DNA from: an uncultured Desulfobacter sp.
GTDB taxonomy: Bacteria > Desulfobacterota > Desulfobacteria > Desulfobacterales > Desulfobacteraceae
DNA length: 64,000 nucleotides
Direction of reading: 5' to 3'
NCBI GenBank assembly: GCA_963665095.1
Contig: OY762069.1
Coordinates: 4,288,001 to 4,352,000, forward strand
The translations under genes and the position numbers were made by a program. The notes under the pieces are model-generated. The model was not told where the DNA came from, did not search any database, and saw only the letters and a program-made list of their open reading frames with translations. Positions within the stretch are counted from its first letter, which is position 1. Each line of letters begins with the position of its first letter. Below, in pieces: positions 9,491 through 18,613 of this stretch.

Positions 9491-10560
9491 AAACACTTCT
9501 TGTAACAGGCGGAGCCGGTTTCATCGGCACCAACTTTGTATACTACTGGCTGGACAAATACCCCGAAGACCGCGTGATTGTGCTGGATGCCCTGACCTAT
9601 GCCGGCAACCTGGACAACCTGACCGAGGCGCGCCGGAACCCAAAGTGTGAATTCGTCCATGGCGACATCCTGGACCAGCCCCTTGTGGAAGACCTTCTCA
9701 CCCGGCACAGCATTGACACCATTGTCCACTTTGCCGCTGAATCACATGTGGACAGGTCCATATCCGGTCCGGACGCCTTTATCCAGACCAACATCCTCGG
9801 CACCCACAGCCTGCTCAAAGCAGCCAAAAAGATCTGGCTGGACAACGGCGTAAAGCCTCACCGCTTCCACCATATTTCAACAGACGAAGTATACGGTACC
9901 CTGAAGCCGGATGACCCGGCCTTTGCCGAGACCACGCCCTACGCACCCAACTCGCCCTACGCAGCCAGCAAGGCATCATCCGACCACCTGGTGCGGGCCT
10001 ACCACGAAACCTACGGCCTTGAGGTCACCACTTCCAACTGCTCCAACAACTACGGTCCGTTCCAGTTCCCGGAAAAACTGATCCCCCTGATGATCACCAA
10101 CATCCTGAACAACAGACCCATCCCGGTCTACGGTGACGGCATGCAGATCCGCGACTGGCTCTATGTGGACGACCACAACCTGGGCGTAGACCTGATCCTT
10201 AACAAAGGCGAAATCGGAGAAACCTACAACATCGGCGGCAACAACGAACAGGTCAACCTGGACATCGTGAACCTGGTATGCACAGTCCTTGACGATCTGT
10301 TCAAAACAGATATTACCCTATCAGACAGATTTCCCCTGGCACCTCCGGCCAAAGGATCTCTGTGTAAGACACTGATCACCCATGTAACCGACCGGGCAGG
10401 CCACGATCGTCGCTACGCCATAAATCCGGATAAAATATCTTCAGACCTTGGATACCATCCGGCCTTCACCTTTGAATCTGGCATCCGGAAAACCATTGCC
10501 TGGTATCTGGACCATGAGGTATGGTGGACCAGCATATTGGAGTCTAATGCCTTCAAGTAA
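9487..10560 (+). CDS. rfbB: dTDP-glucose 4,6-dehydratase
   Basis: VTGGAGFIG, HFAAESHVDRS, ISTDEVYG, YAASK, NNYGPFQFPEKLIP, GHDRRYA. Confidence 0.98.
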   Translation: MKTLLVTGGAGFIGTNFVYYWLDKYPEDRVIVLDALTYAGNLDNLTEARRNPKCEFVHGDILDQPLVEDLLTRHSIDTIVHFAAESHVDRSISGPDAFIQTNILGTHSLLKAAKKIWLDNGVKPHRFHHISTDEVYGTLKPDDPAFAETTPYAPNSPYAASKASSDHLVRAYHETYGLEVTTSNCSNNYGPFQFPEKLIPLMITNILNNRPIPVYGDGMQIRDWLYVDDHNLGVDLILNKGEIGETYNIGGNNEQVNLDIVNLVCTVLDDLFKTDITLSDRFPLAPPAKGSLCKTLITHVTDRAGHDRRYAINPDKISSDLGYHPAFTFESGIRKTIAWYLDHEVWWTSILESNAFK

Positions 10561-10776
10561 CTATTCAGCTGAATGACAGAGCCCTTGCTGTTTTAGATCC
10601 TCTTTGGATGACTGAACATCCGGCAGGCGACCTTCAAATAGAATCCGTATCGCTTCAGTTGCTCTCATTTCATGCTTCTTGCACGTTGACAGATAACTGC
10701 GGATTCTACAGAAAATGGCAGCTCCTTGTGTTGAATGAAAGCAGCCTGTCTTTATGCTCATGTCCATATACGCCAC
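10557..10776 (-). mobile_element. IS66-family remnant (transposase C-terminus and right end)
   Basis: Peptide GCFHSTQGAAIFCRIRSYLSTCKK...LFEGRLP resembles the IS66 transposase C-terminus; terminal GTAACTATTCAGC at 10557-10569 begins with the IS66-type GTAA. Confidence 0.75.
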
Positions 10777-11000
10777 GCACAGATGAAATAAATGTTATTT
10801 TTTATCCTGTATAATCAACACTTTCTGTTAAGTAAAATCACAAAAACTCATTTTCGCTGTGAAATAATTATTGTCACTACAGGGCTTTTCATTTTGGGGC
10901 TGTTACTTTTCTGGCAGGGTTTATTTGTTGCAGAAATACGTTTATAACAATAAGTATCAGGCATCGCCCTGGAGGACAAATCAACGGGAGGGGCAGTGAT

Positions 11001-11582
11001 ATGAATGCACAACCTCAGGAAAAGACAAGAATGACGCCTGCTGAATATCTGGCGCTTGAAAGAAGCGCTATTGACAGGAAGCACGAACTTTTTAATGGTG
11101 AGATTTTTGCTATGGTTGGGGCCGGAAGGAAACACAACCGGATCAATGTGAATCTCACAAGAGAGTTAAGCGAAAATTTTAAGAAGGATAAATTCACCTG
11201 TGACCTGTTTTCCAATGATATGCGGGTAAAAATTAATGACAGCTATGCTTACCCTGACATTGTTATTTATTGCGGGGAGGCACAGTATGAGGATGATAAA
11301 TTTGATACCCTGATAAATCCGGTTGTCATCATGGAAATTCTTTCAGATTCAACAGAAGCCTTTGACAGGGGTAAAAAATTTGCCTACTACCGGGCCATTC
11401 CAACACTGGAAGAGTATATCCTTGTTTCCCAGGAGGAATATCATGTAGAGCATTACAGACGCGCGGATGCCGGTAAATGGGAATATTGTTCATACGAAGG
11501 TGTGGACCAGGTTCTAAAGATGGCATCCGTTAATTGTGAACTGCCGCTGTCCGAGATTTATCTGAATGTTGCGTTTGAATAA
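11001..11582 (+). CDS. Uma2-family PD-(D/E)XK endonuclease-like protein
   Basis: EYLALE...HELFNGEIFAM, YPDIV, EILSDSTEAFDRGKKFAYY...EYILVSQ; GGAGG RBS. Confidence 0.92.
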   Translation: MNAQPQEKTRMTPAEYLALERSAIDRKHELFNGEIFAMVGAGRKHNRINVNLTRELSENFKKDKFTCDLFSNDMRVKINDSYAYPDIVIYCGEAQYEDDKFDTLINPVVIMEILSDSTEAFDRGKKFAYYRAIPTLEEYILVSQEEYHVEHYRRADAGKWEYCSYEGVDQVLKMASVNCELPLSEIYLNVAFE

Positions 11583-11777
11583 AACACACGATGCAAATTC
11601 TGGACAGACTGTGATACACCCTGCCGAAACTGGTAGGATCAGCTGATTAATATGGACATCAAAAAATTATTGCAAAGAAAAGAAGATCGAGTTTAGAGGC
11701 GCACCAAAGTCCGGCGGATATTTTTCAGTGGAAGAATAAAAAGAATACTGTATTTTTCGGTTAAAAGGAGATCATCA

Positions 11778-12599
11778 ATGACTGAGTTCGAGTTTTATCA
11801 AGTGGAAAAGAAGGATGGGGTTGCCTGGGTGTATTTGAACCGGCCGGAGAAGAAGAACGCTATGAATCCGCCGGCCTGGAGTGAGCCGGTGGGAATTTTT
11901 GAAGATCTTGATGCTGATGATGATGTCAGGGTGGTGGTGATTGCGGGAAGAGGACCGTGCTTTTCAGCAGGGATTGATCTGGTGGGCATGATGAGTGAGC
12001 TGCCGGAGATGATGAACCCGGATCAAAAAGGCGGGATTAAATGGCGGATGCTGCCTAAAATCAAAAAAATGCAGGATGCCATCTCCTGTATTGAATGGTG
12101 TAAGAAGCCAGTGATTGCTGCGATTCACGGATATTGCATCGGGGCGGGGCTGGATATGGCCACAGCCTGTGATATCCGGCTGTGTTCGGCAGATGCACAG
12201 TTCTGTCTCAAGGAGGCGGCTGTGGGGTTTGTGGCGGATGTGGGCGTGCTGCAGCGGATTCCGTTGATTGTAGGCCAGGGACATGCCCGGGAGCTGGCGT
12301 TTTCCGCCAAAACCATCACTGCGGAACGGGCCCGGCAGATCCTGCTGGTCAATGACGTATTTGACACACCGGAAGCGCTTTTTGAAGGGGCGCAGGCCCT
12401 GGCGCTGGAGATAGCAGGCAACAGTCCCTTAGCGGTACAGGCGTCCAAGGATGTGCTGAATTACGGCGTGGACAAAAGCGTTGATGACGGCCTGAACTAT
12501 GTGGCATCAATGAGTGCCAATATTATTCCGTCAAATGATCTGAACGAAGCGGTAACTGCTTTCATGGAAAAACGAAAACCTGAGTTTACCGGGAAATGA
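11778..12599 (+). CDS. Crotonase / enoyl-CoA hydratase family protein
   Basis: LNRPEKKNAM, FSAGIDL, KPVIAAIHGYCIGAG, ADVGVLQR, AFMEKRKPEF; AGGAG RBS. Confidence 0.95.
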   Translation: MTEFEFYQVEKKDGVAWVYLNRPEKKNAMNPPAWSEPVGIFEDLDADDDVRVVVIAGRGPCFSAGIDLVGMMSELPEMMNPDQKGGIKWRMLPKIKKMQDAISCIEWCKKPVIAAIHGYCIGAGLDMATACDIRLCSADAQFCLKEAAVGFVADVGVLQRIPLIVGQGHARELAFSAKTITAERARQILLVNDVFDTPEALFEGAQALALEIAGNSPLAVQASKDVLNYGVDKSVDDGLNYVASMSANIIPSNDLNEAVTAFMEKRKPEFTGK

Positions 12600-12605
12600 C
12601 CAGCT

Positions 12606-12965
12606 TTATTCATTGCGAATGGTAATCACTTCGGCCTTTCTGAGGATGGTACCGTCCCGGGTGTTGGTATAGCCTTTTTTAACAATTTCCAATAAGGTCC
12701 CATCCTCCCGGCCGGGATCTGGCCGGGTCTCAAGTACCTTGCACGCCTCCATAACAGCTTTGTTGCCCTCAAAGGATATTGGGGAGATACCAGCGGAATT
12801 TAAGAGCCTGGAAAGCTTTTTATGGATGGCACGAATATTTTCCCCAAGCATTCTGGCTGGTTTATCGAGGCTCTCCTTTTTTAGTTCAAGATTTTCCTCA
12901 ATCGTTTCGAAGGCATCCATAATTTCAAGCAGGCCGGAAAAACATCGTTTTCCCGCTGGTGACAT
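12606..12965 (-). pseudogene. GrpE-like C-terminal fragment
   Basis: DGTLLEIVKKGY...ILRKAEVIT resembles the GrpE beta domain; the N-terminus appears missing or frameshifted. Confidence 0.6.
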
Positions 12966-12989
12966 GCCTCAGCCTGGCCGGCCAGATCC

Positions 12990-13081
12990 CGCTCACTGTT
13001 GCGTATGATTTCAACATGCACCTTTTTAATACCGGCAGCTGAATTGGTGGTTCCGAAATCAATTCCAATGGACTTTGACAT
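12990..13081 (-). pseudogene. Hsp70/DnaK-family N-terminal fragment (~30 codons)
   Basis: MSKSIGIDFGTTNSAAG...VEIIRNSE is the Hsp70 phosphate-1 motif; resemblance ends after ~30 aa. Confidence 0.75.
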
Positions 13082-13245
13082 GCTGTGTATTCTGCTGTTT
13101 TTTTTGTTAAAAGATTAAGTGCCGACTATTAACAAACCGTATTGAAATTTTCAATGAGTAAAACGGCATCCGCAATTTTGTGTTGATCTTGTCAATTTGG
13201 CATTCCGCCTCACACCGAGAGACAAGACTAGAAGAAGGTTACTTT

Positions 13246-13641
13246 TTACTCCCAATCATCAAGGCGAAGGCCTGATATCCGGCTGAACTCCCTGGTATTA
13301 TGGGTTACCAGCACAGCATCATTGGCACGCGCAACCGCTGCAATCAGCATGTCATTGGGGCCGATGAGCCTACCCTGAATTTTCAGATCTGATCTGATCA
13401 GGCCATATTCATCCGCACACCGGTCATCAAAGGCAAGGCTTTGGAGCGGCGCGAAAAACATTTTCAGAACCTGCAGATTTGCATCGACCCTCAGGCTGTT
13501 CCTTGCACCAAAAAGCAATTCAGCTTTAACAATACTGCAGACGGCTATTTCTGACGGAGAGTAGTCTTGAAAATGCTGCGTAACCGATGGAGATGTTCCG
13601 TTAAGAAAGTTAATGCAAACATTGGTATCCAGCAGGTACAT
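13246..13641 (-). CDS. vapC: VapC PIN-domain toxin
   Basis: MYLLDTNVCI, AELLFG, IGPNDMLIAA, LVTHNTREF. Confidence 0.95.
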   Translation of the reverse strand: MYLLDTNVCINFLNGTSPSVTQHFQDYSPSEIAVCSIVKAELLFGARNSLRVDANLQVLKMFFAPLQSLAFDDRCADEYGLIRSDLKIQGRLIGPNDMLIAAVARANDAVLVTHNTREFSRISGLRLDDWE

Positions 13642-13866
13642 TTATTGAAGGCCTTCTCTTTGTTCAAAATTCAGCTGATCAGGCCGTACAAGGGAAGCGC
13701 CCTGCCATGATCCTGCAAGATCAAAATAGTTTTCCGGCCATTGCACGGCAGTCTCTTTTTTTACCAGATAAGCCAGATACTTTGACGTTGACAGCCCGGC
13801 CTTCTCTGCCTTTTCCTTGAACAGAAAAGCCAGGTTGTCCGGTATGTAACAATGCAGTTGGGCCAT
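13642..13866 (-). CDS. Putative VapB-type antitoxin (RHH/CopG-like)
   Basis: 74 aa abutting vapC; GGAGG RBS before ATG 13866; GLSTSKYLAYLV helix and WPENYFDLAGSW tail typical of such antitoxins. Confidence 0.8.
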   Translation of the reverse strand: MAQLHCYIPDNLAFLFKEKAEKAGLSTSKYLAYLVKKETAVQWPENYFDLAGSWQGASLVRPDQLNFEQREGLQ

Positions 13867-13879
13867 ACATTCCTCCAAA

Positions 13880-13929
13880 TATATTTGTTATATTTGTCAA
13901 ACGATATACAATCCCGGATAAGATGTCAA
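13880..13929 (-). promoter_or_regulatory. Sigma70-type promoter of vapBC with downstream tandem repeat
   Basis: Minus strand TTGACA (13929-13924), 17-bp spacer, TATCGT (13906-13901), then two tandem ACAAATATA units (13880-13897) that could be an autorepression operator. Confidence 0.65.
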
Positions 13930-14203
13930 GAAGCATATGTTCAAACTCAAAATTCCCGGGGCTGGTAATAAGGCCCGGGGCTGGGTCCAAAATGGCCTTT
14001 CCTGGTATCAGGGTCAAGCATTTTCCACCCCGGCATCCCTGTGGCAGGCATCTGCTATATGCCTGCTCTATACACGAACTAATGGACATGACCCTGTTTT
14101 TCATTGATCATGTTATGAATATCAGGCGGTCGTGGCAAAACACGCCGCTATGCCGAGGCCCACAAGGGCCATGCCTTTATGATGAATTTAATACATCCGG
14201 TCA

Positions 14204-14232
14204 TTGTCTTTACAAGATCTTGTTAGTATAAT
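14204..14232 (+). promoter_or_regulatory. Putative sigma70 promoter of the AAA-nuclease pseudogene
   Basis: TTGTCT, 17-bp spacer, TATAAT; palindrome ACAAGATCTTGT (14212-14223) in the spacer. Confidence 0.5.
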
Positions 14233-14280
14233 CATTTTTAATTTCGGCCTGTTGACAAAAAGTATACATTGAAAAAACAT

Positions 14281-15649
14281 ATGAAAAAGCGGCCCATCGG
14301 GATACAGACATTCTCCAATATCATAGAAAACAACTATTGCTACGTGGACAAAAAACACCCTGTCATCCACATTGATCTGGCTGAAAGTGTAATAAAATCG
14401 CCGGACCGGCTGGAGCAAAGACTTCATCGTATTCTTGCCATGCGGGCGGAACAAGCGGGCATCACCCTGACCTGTTCCCATGTGGATGACTGCCTTGAAG
14501 AGCTGATCCAAAAGCTTCACGCCGGGAAAAACACCGGGTGGTTGTTCTGGTAGATGAGTACGACAAACCCATATTAGACAATATTACCGATACAAAAACA
14601 GCAATGGAGCTCAGGGATGGACTGCGCAACTTTTATTCCGTCCTCAAGGCCCAGGGTGCCCATCTGCGATTTGTCATGCTCACCGGTGTATCAAAATTCT
14701 CAAAAGTTTCCCTTTTTTCCGGACTGAACAATCTACAGGATATCTCACTGGACAAACGGTACGGAACCCTGTGCGGTTATACACAAGAAGAACTGGAATC
14801 CGTATTCTCTGAATTCTTAACCGATGTTGACCTGAATCAGCTTAAATCATGGTACAATGGCTATTCGTTTCTTTCCGAACCCGTTTACAACCCTTTTGGC
14901 ATTCTGCTTTACCTGGACACCAGGCTGTATAAACCCTACTGGTTTGAAACAGGAACGCCCAGCTTCCTGATCCGCCTGCTGACAGAAAAAAGATGTTTAT
15001 TCCAAGCCTGGAGAACCTGGTTGCCGGAGAAGAACTCTTAGGCAGCTTTGACATCGACTTCATAGAGCCGGAAACCCTGCTTTTTCAAACCGGATATCTG
15101 ACAATAAAAGAAAAAAAGTACCTCTTTGACCAGGAATACGTTTATCTCTTAGGCTTTCCCAATCATGAGGTCAAGAAAAGCCTGACCGGATCTATTCTGC
15201 ACCTGCTCATTAATGATATCCGCCCTGTAAAAACCGGACAGACAACCCTGCTGAACATTTTAAAATCAGGCCACCTGGATAAACTGAAAGACCTGTTCCA
15301 TTCTTTTTTTGCCGCCATCCCCCATGACTGGTACCACAAAAACGATATGGCCGGATACGAAGGGTACTATTGTTCCATTGTTTACTGCTACTTCACGGCG
15401 TTAGGCCTGAATGTGAGAGCAGAAGAACCAACCAACCACGGCCGGCTGGACATGGCGGTCCTTTTTAATGGAAATACATACATCTTTGAATTCAAGGTAA
15501 ACGAACTGACAGCCCCCTCCCGGGCGATTGCCAAGATCAAAGAAAAAAAATACCATGAAAAATACACTGGCAGGGAAACCTATCTGATCGGCGTAGAATT
15601 CAGTAAACAGGACCGCAACATTACCCGGTTTGAATGGAAAAAATGTTAA
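14281..15649 (+). pseudogene. AAA-ATPase-like / PD-(D/E)XK (DUF1703-type) nuclease, disrupted
   Basis: Three consecutive frames (14269-14553, 14538-15041, 14993-15649) carry family motifs PIGIQTF...YVDK, LVDEYDKP, TGVSKFSK, YWFETGTP and GRLDM...IFEFK. The Walker A segment (normally RPRRFGKS) is absent. Confidence 0.88.
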
Positions 15650-15752
15650 AAACAGCCTGGGGCAATTGCGCCGGTGCTTTCTGATAATTGCTGAAGCGCT
15701 GTTTCCAGCGGATGTCATTTTCTTTCATTCAGAATGCCTGATTGCTTAAAGG

Positions 15753-16148
15753 CTATAACTGCCGGCTTGCTGTGAGTTGGCAAAAAACCTGTTTAATTTC
15801 GGGCAAATATATAGGGCATCGCCGGTAGATCTCAATAGACTGATCCTCATTGTACGTATGGGACAGCAAGTTTCTGGCCTTTATCATTTCAAGAAACGGC
15901 CCTTCGTTCTCAATAAGTTCAAGTGCAAACGCTTCCTTGAACACCTGTCGCGGGGAAACTGCCCGGATGCCGTGGATATCTTCCAGATAATTTTTTAAAG
16001 TTTTCCACATCAGTTCATAAGTGAATTCAAACCGTTGTATGGTTGCATCTCTGACAATCGAAGACTCCGGCTCCTGAAGCGCCTCCGAAAAACGCTGTAT
16101 TGCCTTTTCAAAATTGTCGATATTTCTATCCAGCTTATCAGCAGCCAT
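15753..16148 (-). CDS. HEPN toxin (HI0074-type nucleotidyltransferase substrate-binding protein)
   Basis: RDATIQRFEFTYELMWK and RNLLSHTY (RX4HXY); overlaps the MNT gene. Confidence 0.92.
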   Translation of the reverse strand: MAADKLDRNIDNFEKAIQRFSEALQEPESSIVRDATIQRFEFTYELMWKTLKNYLEDIHGIRAVSPRQVFKEAFALELIENEGPFLEMIKARNLLSHTYNEDQSIEIYRRCPIYLPEIKQVFCQLTASRQL

Positions 16149-16437
16149 GTTTGAGGTCCTGTATATGTTTCATTGCGACTGCCTTGAATTCTTCATCCAC
16201 CGAACTGAAATCAATAAAATCAATTTTCAATAGTGTGGGCAACGCTTCTATTTTTTCCTGAATCGCCAGCAAACAACCTGCGGGCATCTTTTTTTCTGAA
16301 ATGATACCGATATCAATATCCGATTTTGGGTCATGGACACCTGCAGCACGGGATCCAAACAGAAACAGCCTGTATTTTCCCTTGATTTCCCCGGCAACTA
16401 TTTCTGATACCTGCACAAGAATATCATCAACATCCAT
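16138..16437 (-). CDS. Minimal nucleotidyltransferase (MNT) antitoxin
   Basis: LFGSRAAG...SDIDIGI (GS-X10-DXD); ~100 aa directly upstream of HEPN. Confidence 0.9.
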   Translation of the reverse strand: MDVDDILVQVSEIVAGEIKGKYRLFLFGSRAAGVHDPKSDIDIGIISEKKMPAGCLLAIQEKIEALPTLLKIDFIDFSSVDEEFKAVAMKHIQDLKHGC

Positions 16438-16600
16438 AGGCAAAATCTTTCTTAGGCATATTTACACTCAAAAGCAGGATTCCCGAGTCAGGTGATATTG
16501 CCTGCAGATAGGTTCAGGATGCCTTTTCTCTGTCTCGGGGTCAAGCATTTTTCCCGGCGCCCTTTTGGTGTGTGTGACAGATGACTGATTCAGCCTCGAA

Positions 16601-18565
16601 CTAATGAACCCGGCCCTGTTTTTCATTGATCATTTTCTGAATATCAGGCAACCGGGCAAAACACGCCTCCATGCCACGGCGCATGAGCGCAATACCTTCA
16701 TGAAAGTCATCCCAGGCAAACGTGCTAACGTCCGGATAGAGTACAAGGTCTGCGTTTTTGACATAATCCCCTGTTGCACGGCCGTGGACAATACTGATGG
16801 TCCGGGAGATAATCTCTTTAATACCCGGGTCTTTATTTTGTGACCCGGCACCTGATGCCTCTGATTCAATGCTTACAGCGATAACCATGTCTGCGCCTTT
16901 TCTGATCAGCACATCCACCGGAACCGGGTTCAGGAGCCCTCCGTCCACCATCCAGCGGCCCTGGTGTTTGAAGGGATAAAACACGGCCGGGATGGCGATG
17001 CTGGAGCGAACGGCATCGGTAACATCGCCGGTCTCAAAAATCACTTCCTCTTCATTCAGGATGTCTACGCCCACCAGGTAGGTTGGAATCATAAGATCCA
17101 GGAAATCTGCACTATTTACAGCGTTTCTTACCAGTTGGGCCGCTTTTTTTCCCTTAAGCAGCCCTTGTTTTGGAAGGGTATAATCAAAAATTTTTCTGCG
17201 GGTGTCTGACCGAGTTTGAAACAGGTCGATGGTAGACTGCTTCAATTTCTCCACCGAGGCTGTGGCGGCATAAATCCCGCCCACCAGCGCCCCCATGCTG
17301 GTTCCGGCGATCATGTCGATGTGAATACCGGCCTCCTCCAGAACTTTCAGAACACCAATGTGGGCCCATCCCCTTGCAGCCCCGGCCCCCAGAGCAAGCC
17401 CCAGCCGGATGCCTGCGATTTCCCGGGCCACGGCCCTGGGGCCCTTTACCGGAAAACATTTATGGGTATCAATGCGGTCATTAAACGCCGGCTCGGAACG
17501 GTCCACCCAGATGCCGGGCGTTTCAGAAAGCCCCAGGCGCTGCGCAAGTTCCTGCCGTGCCACCCCTTTTTCCCCGTACAGATGGCTGACCCCGACACGG
17601 ATGCGCCCTAAAAACGCACTGCTCCCGCAAATCTGCTCAAGTTCCTGAAGCCTGGACCTGACCCCTGCGATCTTCTCTTCGGTATTATGAACGAGTAAAA
17701 ATGTCCGGTCACACAGCCGGACAAACAACCGCTCCATATCATTGAGGCAGTGGGTCAGATTGAAAAACACCACATCATAAGACTCTTTCAGGCCTGCCAT
17801 CAACGCCGGCATAATCTCAGACAACCTGTCGGAAAACCCACTCTTCAGCTGCAGCACATGAAACCCTGATCCATGCGCATACCAGTGGATATCCTCAGGC
17901 TTATAACTGCCCTCGGGCAGCACCCTGAAAAGCCCCGGGTCCGGACACCCCATCCGGGCCAGCTCATACTTGTGCATAATCCGTTCCGCTTCAAGATGAG
18001 GCTCAATCACCACCACCCGTTTCTGCGATTCATCAGAGATATGAAAGGAAACAGAATAAAGAAAATGAGACACTCCCAGCTCAGGCCCGGTGGCAGAAAC
18101 CGCATAAAAAACCGGTACCATTGCCCTGCGCCCCACACCACCCGCCTCCGTGGCCATACGCTTGGCATAATACCGGCTTAGATACAACCCAATACTTTTA
18201 TTCTTCTTAAGCAGAACCTCGAAATTCTCCCGGGTCAGGCAAAACAAAACCACATCCAGCGACGCCGTCACCGTCGCCTGCCGCTCCCCCCGGGAAAGCA
18301 ACGCCAGCTCCCCGAAAAAATCCCCCCGCTTCAACTCCTGAACAAAAAACTCCCTCCCGTCAACCTCCTTGAACACCGACACAGCACCCGACCGGATCAC
18401 ATACATGGAATCACCAGCCACGCCCTGCCGGCAAATCACGTCGCCTTTACTATAAACCACCTTGCTGAACAGCCCGGAAAGATCCCGGATCTGCTCTGCC
18501 GGCACCGACGAAAACAGCGGCACGCGCGACAGGAAATCATAGAGATCGTGTACTTTTGCTTTCAT
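16601..18565 (-). CDS. cNMP-binding domain + patatin-like phospholipase (NTE/RssA-like)
   Basis: N-terminal GDSMYVIRSG...GDFFGELAL...RQATV; C-terminal LALGAGAARG, GTSMG, VDGG. Start at ATG 18565 chosen; ORF is open to 18586. Confidence 0.9.
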   Translation of the reverse strand: MKAKVHDLYDFLSRVPLFSSVPAEQIRDLSGLFSKVVYSKGDVICRQGVAGDSMYVIRSGAVSVFKEVDGREFFVQELKRGDFFGELALLSRGERQATVTASLDVVLFCLTRENFEVLLKKNKSIGLYLSRYYAKRMATEAGGVGRRAMVPVFYAVSATGPELGVSHFLYSVSFHISDESQKRVVVIEPHLEAERIMHKYELARMGCPDPGLFRVLPEGSYKPEDIHWYAHGSGFHVLQLKSGFSDRLSEIMPALMAGLKESYDVVFFNLTHCLNDMERLFVRLCDRTFLLVHNTEEKIAGVRSRLQELEQICGSSAFLGRIRVGVSHLYGEKGVARQELAQRLGLSETPGIWVDRSEPAFNDRIDTHKCFPVKGPRAVAREIAGIRLGLALGAGAARGWAHIGVLKVLEEAGIHIDMIAGTSMGALVGGIYAATASVEKLKQSTIDLFQTRSDTRRKIFDYTLPKQGLLKGKKAAQLVRNAVNSADFLDLMIPTYLVGVDILNEEEVIFETGDVTDAVRSSIAIPAVFYPFKHQGRWMVDGGLLNPVPVDVLIRKGADMVIAVSIESEASGAGSQNKDPGIKEIISRTISIVHGRATGDYVKNADLVLYPDVSTFAWDDFHEGIALMRRGMEACFARLPDIQKMINEKQGRVH

Positions 18566-18613
18566 AGTAATGATTCTTTTGGGCAACCCTATTTGTACAG
18601 CACTTGGCCACCT

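Noticed and set aside
13721..14520. ORFs 13721-14104, 13923-14231 and 14188-14520
   Set aside because: They overlap promoters and genes in other frames or strands and have no family motifs.
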